DNA of 60,399 nt, filler included, from Dugesia japonica (lineage: Eukaryota), in the NCBI GenBank assembly GCA_001938525.1. It is 6 parts of 6 records of this genome, joined end to end, with 100 filler letters (N's around TTAATTAATTAA, not from the genome) between each part and the next. Parts side by side here need not be neighbours in the genome. Positions count along the whole stretch, not along the records: positions 28,585 to 38,759 come from MQRL01582156.1; positions 38,860 to 51,840 come from MQRL01639370.1; 4 more parts are not named here. The stretch is one strand, 5' to 3'. A program made the position numbers and the translations under genes. Positions 37,397 through 49,380 of this stretch are shown one piece after another (the stretch's first letter is position 1; each line of letters starts with the position of its first letter). Under the pieces are notes generated by a model. It was not told the origin of the DNA. It saw only the letters and a program-made list of their open reading frames with translations, and did no database searches.

Positions 37397-38759
37397 ATGA
37401 CAATAGATGAAATGAAGGAAAAAGCAGAAATAGCTTATTACATTATGCAAGGAAGACCTATTTTAAAAATAAAATTGAATCCGATTGGGATAGATTGTTT
37501 ATTGGATACAGGAGCTAGAGTAAATGTTATTGATGTAAAAATTGAAATGACAAATGAGAGGTTAAGAGCAACAAATGACAGTATTATTACAACTTTAGGA
37601 AAGGCAATATTGAAAACACAAATTAATGGTTGTACCAAATGGATTGAANNNNNNNNNNNNNNNNNNNNNNNNNNNNNNNNNNNNNNNNGGATTGATTTAC
37701 AAAAGAAATTTAATATTAAGCTTAAAATAGAACCCATAAATAAAGTACAAATTAATTATCAAGTATGTGAAATTATTGCAAATTTTGGTAAGGAAGTAAC
37801 TGATGAGCAAAGTTTTGAGAAGGTTTAAAAAACTTTCAAAATAGATAAAAATTCTGAATTATATCGTATAATAACTACACATTAGGCAGCTTTCATTGTA
37901 GACGCGTGGGATATGGGATGTACTAATTTGATAAAACATTCAATAATAACAGAAAAAGGTCCAATTTTACCTGCTTACCTGTAAATTTAGAAAATAAAAT
38001 CAACGATGCTATTCAAAATTTATATGAAAATAATATTATCAGGAAATGTTATTCACCGTGGAATACACTTTTAGTGTGTTTATGAAAGAAAGATAAAAAA
38101 GATAAAAAATTGCGTTTAGAATTTAGTCAATTAAACAAAATAACCGTTAGACAAGTTTTTCCGATGCCAAATGTAGAAGAATTGTTGGATACTTTACATA
38201 ATGCACGTTAGTTTAGTTCAATTGATCTTGAAAATGTTTATTATCTAGTAGAATTGGATGAAAAATTCCAAGAAAAGACAGTATTTTCCACAACATTAGA
38301 ACAATTTTGTTTTACAAGAATGCCATTTGGTATTGCTGCTGCTCCAGAAACGTTTCAAGAGCTTATAAATTAAGTATTAATCTGTATAAATGGTGTCAAA
38401 GCCTTGGTTTATTTCGATGATGTCTTAGTTTTTTCTAATTCTTTGGAAGAGCACATGNTTCGTTTAAATAATGTGTTACGTAGAATAAAAANTNTAGGTT
38501 TAAGAATTAATCCAGACAAATGTTCGTTATTGAAAAAAGAAGTTAAATTTCTCGGACATATTATTACAAGTGATAGAATACGCACAGATCAAAGTAAAAT
38601 TGAAGCAATAATTAAATTTGAAAGGCCGAAATTTATTAGGAGTTTGAGAGGTTTCTTAAGACTATGTAATTATTTTCGAAAGTTTATAAATAAATACGCA
38701 GAAAAAGTTAGAATTCTAGAAGCTTTGTGTGGTAAAAGTAATGAAAAGTTGATTTGGTC

Positions 38760-38859
38760 NNNNNNNNNNNNNNNNNNNNNNNNNNNNNNNNNNNNNNNNN
38801 NNNTTAATTAATTAANNNNNNNNNNNNNNNNNNNNNNNNNNNNNNNNNNNNNNNNNNNN
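38760..38859. other. Artificial scaffold spacer
   Basis: N44-TTAATTAATTAA-N44. Confidence 0.97.
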
Positions 38860-40524
38860 TACCATATCTATTTTTTTAAATTTATGCCCTTAAGTTCATA
38901 TAACGCCATTTAAATAAAGAAGTAGCTTTATTAATGAATCTTGTTAACTTATTAAACCATACTTTAATTTTATATTTTGGAGCTCTAATAATGTACTATA
39001 TAAAAGTCTTGTCAAGAGTTAATTGGATTTACGAAGAGTTTGATTTGAAGATAAAGGATTATATTTCAAAGTTTCCAAGTAGATCAAGCTGAGTTTGAGT
39101 TTAGCTTCTTCTAAACGGACCTTAACCTGACATCGGAGTCAGGTTACATTATTAGTCAAGCAGAAAATGTATCACCTTTAAAAATTTAAATATCGGCCTA
39201 TTTATCCATTAAGTAGCAGTAACAGTATATTAACTTCAATTAACATTGAATTAATAACAGATTTATTTGATTATGATTTTCTTTTAATGGCAAAAAACAA
39301 ATTATTTTATAATTAAATTTTAAAATAAAATTTATCATATTTTTTTAAATCTCATGTTGAAATGACTTAACATTGCAAAGTTTCAAAATAAATTACTTAT
39401 TATGAAAATGGGTATATTGGTTCTAATGAAAGTAGTGTTAAATTATTTAACAATAATTTAAAAATTTAGAAAGTGAAGTGCATAAGGTATTTTCTTCTGA
39501 TAATATTGTTTTTCTGGAAAAAATATTGTAAACTAATAAATTGAGAAATAAAAATAATTATTCCGCTATCTATTGTTATTATAGAAAACTATCAGCATAA
39601 TTTTATTAAAATACAGTTCCTACACTTTCGATTCATGAACATAGGAATCGAACCATCACTAATTCATAAAAAACAAAGGATTTATAATGTTTATTTTTAT
39701 AGAAATTACATGAAGTTAAGATACATGTAATCACAAATGTTCGAAATGATTTACCTTTATTGGCAAGGCATTTTTAAGACGTTTTATCCAATTTTTAGAA
39801 GCCTTCTGTATGACCTTCTGACTGATATTATTCCATGCTTTTGTTAGAACCAGTTTAAGTTCATCAATCGTGTTCACTTCACCTTATGCAATCAATTTTT
39901 TTATTTTCTATTTCAATCGACCTGTTTCCTTCTTTTAGCAACTGTTGATGCATCTGTCTTCAAGCGACAACATAACGAATAGAATTGATTTTCTGATATC
40001 GGTTGAAAATACTTCGACATTTTTAAAATTCCCATGTACAGTGTTCTCGTTTGAATAATATAATGACTTCTCTCTGGAAATTCATAATTTGAGAAGCCAC
40101 TTGGTTTTAATATAAAAATTCTAAAAATATAAAAACAATTTCACATTAAAAAGATTTTGTTATGAATTCTTTATACTAATAGGATTTATTTACTGTATAA
40201 CTGAAGAAATAACAGAAATCACCTCAAGAATATATTCTCTTATATGATTTTATTACAGCACTACAAACTAACTCCCAATTCTTAATATTGAACATATACA
40301 ATTAGATCCTGATAAGTTTTTTCTGCAACGATGTGATCACAAATAGTCGCCTAAAGTCTATATAATCCCTTGTTTACGAAGTTTTGTCGATCATTAGGTA
40401 TATTACTTTGTAAATCTATTAATTGATTAATATGTTATAAAACTTGAAAATATTCTTATGCAAAATAAAAATAAAAACCATTACAAAATAAACAAAAATT
40501 AATAACAAAAAAAATTATACATTA

Positions 40525-42140
40525 TCAACCATAAAATTTTTGGTCCTGAAGAGGACCTTTAATCGTTCTCATAAATGATATTGTTTCATAATTAACAATG
40601 TCTTCCATTTGCAGTATAATTCTTTGGGAACATTTAAAAACAGGAACATATTTTTTCTTAAGATTCAATCTGTAAATTATCATAAAATACCATTNNNNNN
40701 NNNNNNNNNNNNNNNNNNNNNNNNNNNNNNNNNNNNNNNNNNNNNNNNNNNNNNNNNNNNNNNNNNNNNNNNNNNNNNNNNNNNNGAATAACACAATCAT
40801 AAATTGTGGCCCTAAAGAGGACCATTATATGTTCTCATAATAAATAAATAAATATATATAAAAAAAATTAATTATTTCTTCTGATTTCCACGTGTGGAGT
40901 GACAAATAATCGGTGACACATCCACCGTACTGATATTTATTCGGCCAGATCTTCTCAAAATCTTGCCGAATAGTCACATGTAGAGGACTATTAAAGTGAC
41001 TTAAAGCAATATTTGATTTGCCTATACCTAAAATAAAAGAAAATATTATAAAACTAATATTTATTAAAATTTAATTATTACCATTTCCTCGTATAAAAAC
41101 CTTTGTTTTCCCATCTTCCCAATTAAAATACGGTATCTTCCAATTTCGATTAAATTTAGCAGTTGTAGGCTTCCCGATTTGGTTAGCCAACACAGATTTC
41201 AGCTTGTTATTCATTCGAATAAAATCAAGCGGTCGTTCAGATTCAACAAGCTCCAATCCATCTACTATTGAAAGACTTTCTAAAACACTTGCCCAAAATG
41301 TTGAATCTTCCATTCTTTTACGGTATCCAAATTTAATTTTTATACCGTTTCTTGTACTTCAATAAACATTGCTTAATTTATCGATTTCATTATTTATTAT
41401 TCATTATGCGGAATACTTGAAATCAAAATCATTTAATCATATATTAAATTTTAAATAAATATTACCTTTTATAGATTCAACTTGTAAAAATTTCATAGCA
41501 GATTTAATTGACAAATTGTTTTTGAATGTAATCAAACATTCAATAACTGTCAATTCATCTGACACAGAAATTTCATTTGCTAAGAAAAACTTAGCATTGC
41601 CTTCTATTTTTTTCATAAAAGCATTTTGAATATTGATAAATTTATTTTTCTCTGTTTTGAATATAAAATTTCGGAATCTTTGTTGGTTAGACTCTTCCAT
41701 ATCACTTATATTTTCATTAATTCTAAATAAAAAAATATATTTCAATAAACAACAGTATTATATATTATTTTACCTAGACGGTGTCGCATAAACTGCCATA
41801 TTAGGAGCACATATTTTGGTTGGTGGAACACTACTAAATTTAAATTTTATATTAATTATATAATAATTAATAAAAAAAATATTACGATTTCAACTTAATA
41901 GGAGCATTTGATGTAGTGAGGAGTCGGTTTCATAACATTCCTCGTCAAAATCAACATTCCATATTGCTTCTTCTTCCCTTCCTCTTTGTATCATTTCAGC
42001 TTCTTCTTGATCTTGTACCCAATCCCGTGCTCTTGGTTCGGCACGAGCATTTGTAATGTCCAAAACTTCCCGTCGATCATCATATTTCCATGTCATCAAG
42101 TCTAATTCGTCCAAGTACTTTTGGGTGTTTGGGCTAACTT
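40525..42140 (-). pseudogene. Intron-containing gene resembling CRESS-DNA virus Rep (degenerate HUH domain plus SF3 helicase)
   Basis: GT-AG introns at 41885-41834, 41773-41723, 41465-41416 and 41081-41028. The spliced product includes RFRNFIF, FFLANEIS..IECLITFKN, Y*ST..KFG and TKVFIRGNG|IGKSNIALSHFNSPLHV..GCVTDYLSLHTWKSEEII. Confidence 0.6.
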
Positions 42141-42785
42141 TCTTAATATATACTTTGTATATATAGCAGAGAAATACTATGCTATAATTAAATTTCAACA
42201 TAAAATATTCTGTACGCTATATATATAACTATTATTTAAATATTTAATTTTATATGTAATTATTATACATGTTTTTATTATGTTTTTATGAAAATTTATT
42301 TAAAGCTATATTTTTATTAATACGTGAGGAAATAACGTTCCGAAAAATGTGTCCTAGACTCCTCCCATGTTTTTGAGCGACTTGTAATATTTATATTTGA
42401 AAANNNNNNNNNNNNNNNNNNNNNNNNNNNNNNNNNNNNNNNNNNNNNNNNNNAAAATTTGAAAAAAGTTAAACTTTATTTTTTTTGAAAAATTTTATTT
42501 TTTTATTATTTTAAATGTCCAAAAGCTAGGATTTATATGTGTGTCCAAAAATTAGGATTTTATTTAAATTTGAATTGAAATTTTATTTGTATGAAATTTA
42601 GGACAAAATATTTTTTAATTGTCCAAAATTTAGGTTTTAATTGTTTTAATCTGAGTAGACAAATATTTCTTATTTGTAAGTTCCGAATAATGTGAGGAGA
42701 ATTGAGTTTTCTCTGAGATTGTTGTATGAGTTGATAGTTTCCACAGACTGAAAATCTAATTTTTGATTTATAATTTTGTTTATAT

Positions 42786-42973
42786 CAGGCGTCCGCATAG
42801 ATCATGGAACGAATGGCCAAATTTTGACGAAAAACAATTGATATTGTTTTGCATTTAAAGTCAATAATAAAATACGGATTTTCCGAAATAAAGTGTTATG
42901 AATTATGCATTTTTTTATTTTAATCGCTAGGCCATACTTCAAAATAAAACTGGCAGCAATTTGGGCAATCCTG
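42786..42973. mobile_element. Small hAT-type MITE
   Basis: CAGG...CCTG ends with 8-bp flanks GTTTATAT / GTTTATCC. Confidence 0.4.
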
Positions 42974-45859
42974 GTTTATCCAAGATTTTATAAAATTTAA
43001 AATACGACGAAGATGGTGTCGAATAGTTCGTCTTCATATTATCACAACTTTAATTATAAACTACTGATCATTAGTAGTGGCTGAAAACTATAAACATATT
43101 TCGATAATTTAATTATTTATTCATAAGAACTATTTAATTCGAGTTTAATAATAATGATTTCAATATATCGATAATCCAGTTAAAATTCTGTTTAAATAAT
43201 TATGGGCTAAAAGCATAAATTATGGATTACAAAACGATAGTGCATAATATATTAAATAATTATTAATGGAATAATAAATATTAAAAAATAATGACGATTT
43301 AAATAGTGCGATTTAATTTACATGAATTATATAAGATTAATAAATTTTTTGTAATTTCATTTAAATTTAATTTACGCTGGATTTTCTCGTTTATACACGT
43401 TGCAGGTCACCTATAATTTAAACCGATGTACCTACCAGCGGTTAAAATTTTACTTTTCTCTTTTAACAAAATTAAGATAAAAGTAATAACAAAAATTTCA
43501 CGTTTATTTCATTACTGCCCCTGCAGGTCGTTTCATTTCACAAATAAAACACTGACGCACATATTACAATCAATTAGTCAAACAAAACGACCTGTCAAAT
43601 TAACAGCGAACATTTATTTCTCCTTTTTATTCATTTACACTTTCTTCCACTGGTCGAACTACATCCAGGCTCATATTCATACTACATATTCAGTTCCCCG
43701 ACTTCCTCATCCACCTCGGTGGTGTTGGAGAGAGTTCGTACATCCGATATCTTCAACGATCAGATGGACAGCTTCTTTTTGAGCAGTTTTATCTGTTTCA
43801 TATAAGATTCTCAGATTCTCTTCATCTGTCATTCCAGTGATTTGATGGTAGTATTTTTGATAGCCTACCTTCCATATTTTGAATCTCGTGTCTAACTTTC
43901 GTTTCTTTTTCTACCATCGCTCGTACCTCCGTCCACTCGATGTAATACCGACCCGACTCATCGATGTAGGGCCAGATGTAACGGGGCCTTTTAATGGTTC
44001 TCTTGGTTCTGTGCATCTTCGAAATTCAAAATAAACGACGTTAAATTATTTCAAACACAAACAAAATAAAAGACAGTTTTAGATTTTCCAAATTCGTGTC
44101 GTCTAGTGAATGTCCTTGTTTTAACTGTCTGGTTTTTCAAATGAATTAGCATTTGGAAAGCCAGAAAAGTCGGACGATATCAAACGGAAAATTCCGTTAT
44201 TTATAATAAATAAAATTGGTCGTAGAGATCCCTTTATTATAATATGGCATATTATTTTTATTATTCATTCAAACATTCTGTTCTTATTTCTTGAAAAAAA
44301 ACTTTTCTATAATCCAAATTAAGGTCCTCTACGCCTTTATTTTTTTTAATAAATTCGTTATAATTATAATAATAATGTTGGGGTGAAACACTCAATTACG
44401 AAATAAAAATAGCCAGGGGCCTTGATATTGGTGATCAAGAAGTAATAAAATATAGAACAATCAATAACATTTGTTATTTAGTTAATAATGATTATTATAA
44501 AATCACATTAGAAAATGATTATCACTTTAATAAAGTCAGAATTTAAATAATCAAAGAAAAATTATTTTACGGTGATAAAAACAAGAAAAACATTAATTTA
44601 GAAAAAGTTTTGAAAATCAATTAATTAATTTTGGAAGAAAAAGAAAATTAATTACACAAAAATGGGGTTAAAAAAAATATCTTCGTTCAGTAAAGTCAGG
44701 GGAAGATCGCGAAAGGAAATTTGAAAAGAGAAAGTCACGGGGCAACTAAATTCTGTATCAAGAAATTTCTAGTACCAACTGAAGGTTCGTTAAAGGGGTT
44801 CCAAGATTTGACCAATGAGAGACCGGAAAATAAATAAAAAACAAAGAATGAAAAGTCACCAGGGGTCCTAAAAATAGGTACCAATAAAGAATCTGAAATT
44901 CCTAGAAAAACAGAAAATTTAGCACTGGTGCCAATAAGAATCGGCAAACCAAAAGATAAAAATAATCGGACAATGACAGAAAAATCCTGGTGTCGGAGAA
45001 ATCCTATAAAACTCCCCCTGATTTTAGTCGAAAAATATAAAAAATTGCTAATTTCTAATATTTTCACCGCTGTGAAAGCTATAATATTTTTATAATCAAT
45101 TTCTGTGGAAAATTCGTGAAACTTAGTTGGTAAAATAACAAAACACTCCGTTCGTTATTTACTCTTATTAAATTCCCTTTGCAGAAAACAAATTAGACTA
45201 GAAGTGAGTAAGATGTTCATTTATTGTATTGGTTAATTCATACTATGATTAATAAATGTTCATAAAACATTCCACTTCGATGTGGTTTTTTCCTTTTATT
45301 TGTTCAACGGTGATACAATCAAATATTATTCTAAACTTCACTTAAGGACATAAATGACGTTCGTATAATGTGATATTTTTTTGTATTAGGTTAATTCGCG
45401 AACAATTCTAGGTTAATTCTTGCAGTTTATATACAGTCATGGAGTTCCCTAAACCTCCTCTTGAGTAATAACACAATCCATATCCGCCGTCGTTCGCTTT
45501 TCAAAGTACGCCTTCCACAGCGTTCGCACATTTGCGAGTACAGAATTAGAAAATTTAAATAATAAAAGGAAACAAAACAAAATTTTGATTGAAGCTNATA
45601 TTTTAANNAAATCTCAAATGCGATCAATGGTTAAGTCCAAAACTTATTCTCGCAATAGTTGTAATAGTAAAATTCAATTAAATCATCGAAAAAAATTGTG
45701 ATTAACACATTTTAGGTTAGTGTAAAAGTCATTTCGTTTTTTAATTATAAAAATAAAAAAACGCTAACTCGGCTCAAAATAAATTTTATTAATCCAATTA
45801 AAAACCAACAGATTCAATACATGTCTGCCAAGGTAAAGGTTTGTAGTTTCTTGAGGTAA

Positions 45860-46250
45860 GGTTTGTAAAGCACCTTTCCTGCAGGAAGTTTTTCAGTTAC
45901 TTAAAAAAATGGAAGTCTGTTAGCAAATATTCTGATGAGTATAGGGATAAGTATGGGAGGCTAAATTTCGAAATCCAACTCGTTTAATTTTTGCAGCATT
46001 ATTTGTGCGATATTTAGGCGGACATAGTCATGCAACATTTTTGGTGTAAATTTTGCTTTGGGAAAGGTTTTGGATCTTCGTCGTGGTTTAATCATAGTGC
46101 CGAACTTTGATGACTTCCCAATATTTATTTGTCATTGCACATAATGAATCGATGGAGAAATGGGTTACTGTTGTACAACTGCCATGAAGATAACACTACT
46201 TCAAAATAGTGATTTCATTGGTTTTCGCTCAGGCGGCATCCATTTATTCT
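45860..46250 (-). pseudogene. mariner transposase remnant
   Basis: LSENQ.., PFLHR, PKPFPK, LHDY, MLQKLNELDFEI and PYSSEYLLTDFHFFK (YSPDL..DFHLF-like). Confidence 0.7.
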
Positions 46251-47564
46251 TATTTTTCAACTTCCAAATTGGCTTTAAATTCTGAAGTATTGTGAAATGG
46301 TAAACAATAAGTTCCTCTGTAACTTTTCTGGTCGTTTTTTGAATTAATCAGCTTCGAGTATATTAAATTGACCATTATCAAGGAAATGACGGTACCAGAA
46401 ATTACAATATGATTTCCAAGCACCAAGAGAAGGCGAATGGAAAACAAATCACGAAAAATATTAGCGATTAATATAAAAAAATCAATTTGAAAAAAATAAA
46501 AATGTTAAAACAATTATTAAAATTATAATAAAAGATAATAAATTATTTAAATTTAATTCAAATAATTGTCAAAATAACAAATGAATTCCTCATTTCATAT
46601 TAAAATTAATAGAATAATCAATAAATGTGTAATAAAATAAATGAAATTATTTCAAATAAAATTAATTTTATAATTAATTCGACTAATAGAAAATTTGAGC
46701 TACTCCAAAAAGGAGTATAATACACAAGAAAATTTTTCGAAATAGGCAAGCAAAAAAAATCTCAAAATAAATAGTGGTTTAAGTTAAACACATATTTATG
46801 CTTACAAGTGTAACCACACAATAACGTCAATTAATTTCATTCCTCTTTCAAATTTTGCTGTTTCCGAAGAAAATTACAACTAATTTCATTATCAGAACTC
46901 TTGACACCGGATTCCACCATTCATCTGCTGTAAAATTTCAATCAACAAGTTTATTGAGAAACACAGTGGAAATTTTAATCGATCACATTTCTTTTTCAAT
47001 ATGATCACGACTTGATTAGTAAATCAATCGACAAATCTCTGAACAGGATTTTAAAAACCGACAAGACACGAGGAAATTTAAAATAATGACAAGTTCGTGG
47101 TATGTAGTATGAAATCTACAGAGATTTTTTCAAATTCATTCATTTCTTCCTAATTTACAAGTAATTTCTACATGTTTCAGCCTACCTCAGTCACTAATCT
47201 TACTTAAAATAAATCCAAAATTACAAAATGTACATGAAAAGAAAAATAATATGATGTTTTCTTACTGAAAATAATTATAGTAGTCGTAATGTAAACATAA
47301 TAATTACAATACCAACGTGCCAATTAAGGACCCAAATCCATAAGTCGGGTTACCACAAAGACCCGCTGGATCAAGGAAAATGGTGAACACACGCGGGCGG
47401 GCGTAAGTCATGTTACTTAAGTCATGCCCTAGACCAGGATTATTAAAGCTTGCCGTAGATTCACCTACAAGAAAACATCGATAAAGAAAGAAAACAACAT
47501 AAGATAAGCAAGCACTAAAAGCCTGGAAACAACAAATTTATAATGTGAGTAAAATATACAATGA

Positions 47565-47566
<2 letters not shown>

Positions 47567-47597
<31 letters not shown>
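47567..47597. repeat. (AAT)n microsatellite
   Basis: Direct reading. Confidence 0.9.
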
Positions 47598-47599
<2 letters not shown>

Positions 47600-47689
47600 T
47601 AATAGCTTACCTTGATGAGTATAAAAATATCTAGTCTTGATAGTTCTACTTTTATCAAATTTTAGAATTATAAACACTTGATACTTTTA

Positions 47690-47825
47690 CTAAGACTAAA
47701 ATAATCTATCCTCCTTTAACACAGTCACAAATGGCTAAGGCTATTGGATCTTCTACTTCTAGCTTATCTAGAATTTAGAATGGATTTAAATGCTCCATAA
47801 TTTCATTGTTATAGTATTCCTAAAA
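47690..47825 (+). pseudogene. Small helix-turn-helix protein remnant, probably Polinton accessory
   Basis: PPLTQSQMAKAIGSSTSSLSRI is an HTH-like pattern. The Polinton origin is an inference. Confidence 0.35.
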
Positions 47826-49359
47826 AGGAATCTAATATTAATCATGATGAGAAAGATAAAGTTATCTGTCAATATTGTAATAGGGAATGCATTAATATGT
47901 TTGGTTATATAGTATATCCATGTGGTTGTAAATTATATAATCAATCTATTAATAATCAACCTACTAATAATAATTAATTAAATATAAATCAACAATATTA
48001 TTTATATCTACAATATAATTATTTGGATGTTTTTTATTAGTTCTATAATTATTAGGATGGTTATTATCTCTATAATTAATAGAATTACTATTAGTTGTTT
48101 GATTATGTATTGAAATTTTTGTAATATTCTTAAAATCTTCAAATTTTTTAATGTATTTTTAATAATTAAAATTTTAGATAAAATAAAAGATAAACTTTTA
48201 AATATAATAGACCATAAAATAGTTTCAATAAAATGGGTTTTTATATTTAAAATTAATAAAATTTAAATAGAATAAAAGAAAATTTTTAATTAAATAGAGA
48301 ATAAAATATTTTTAATGAAATGGTTTTTACTGTATTTTTAAATTTAATATTAATAAAATTTGAATTGTTTAAAATAAAATATTTAATTTTAAATTGAAAT
48401 ATTTTACAAATGCTGATATCTGATATTTTCTGCTTTGAATATAGATTTTCAAATTTTTTTGAAAAAAGCAAATTTATGTAGTTTTTTGAATAAAATTTTG
48501 TTATGAAATCGAGTTTTGATATTAATGATCCCATTAGTATTCCAAACTCATCTAACAGTTATTTTATTTTTACACTTTTTATAATTATAGAATATATAAA
48601 TATGCTACTAAAATTATTGATTATTTAATAAATAATAAATATAATTTATGTATGAGTTTATTGGATAATGATGTATTTAAACATGATAAAATGAATTTCT
48701 TTGAAACGAATGAAGATGTAACTAAAATCGATATTATATAAAAATATTTTATAATTTTTCATACCTATGTAATAAGTAATAAACTATATCACTATTATAA
48801 TGAAAAATATTTATATTTTTTTCTGTTTTAAATTTACATTTCATTGATAAATTTCATTAAAAAGAATTTATACTAATGAACTGTTTTAAATTAAAACTAG
48901 ATAATTTATAACTTATAATTTATGTAAAACATTTTTAATATTGTTGGGCTTCGAGGTTTTTTATGTTAATTCCTTTTATCTATTTATTCTTGGTCTATTA
49001 TTTTCTGATGATAATTATCTTTCTTCTAGGTGTAGATACCCTGAAGCCAAGAGAAATTTGTCAACACAATCTATGCTGAGACCACCTACTCCATTATCCA
49101 TGCGTGACTTTGCAGTATCCCGTCATTCTAGAAAGTCTTAATTTTCTCGCTCATTTTTGCTTGATTCCATTAATCTATTAAATAACCAATAAAACATTTG
49201 TTACATTTATATATTTATTTATAACAGTGTCATTATGGTGAACCAAAGATCTGTTCACTCTTTACAATACAATCAGCCTTTTCGTTGATCTTCTTACCAT
49301 TGAAGTCCTTTCAGAGCATCCTGACTTTTGCTAACACTGATGCTTCTCGGTCATAAAAG

Positions 49360-49380
49360 AGTAGATAGATGTGGCACATT
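49360..49380 (+). mobile_element. Polinton-like terminus
   Basis: AGTAGATAGATGTGGCAC, followed by a long G/T-rich non-coding tract like the one after 19125. Confidence 0.5.

Larger units (their letters stand above)
30834..38759 (+). mobile_element. Ty3/Gypsy LTR retrotransposon A (decayed; interrupted by element B; truncated by scaffold end)
   Basis: LTR end ..CCTAACA (30905) followed by PBS-like TGGCTACCACG. Gag has CCHC knuckles (31530-31690), protease LLDTGA (about 37500), RT MPFG and YFDD (about 38410). Confidence 0.85.

Noticed and set aside
42383-42392. AAATATTAC (minus strand) as a CRESS origin nonanucleotide near the Rep-like gene
   Set aside because: No flanking stem, and such 9-mers are expected by chance in DNA this AT-rich.
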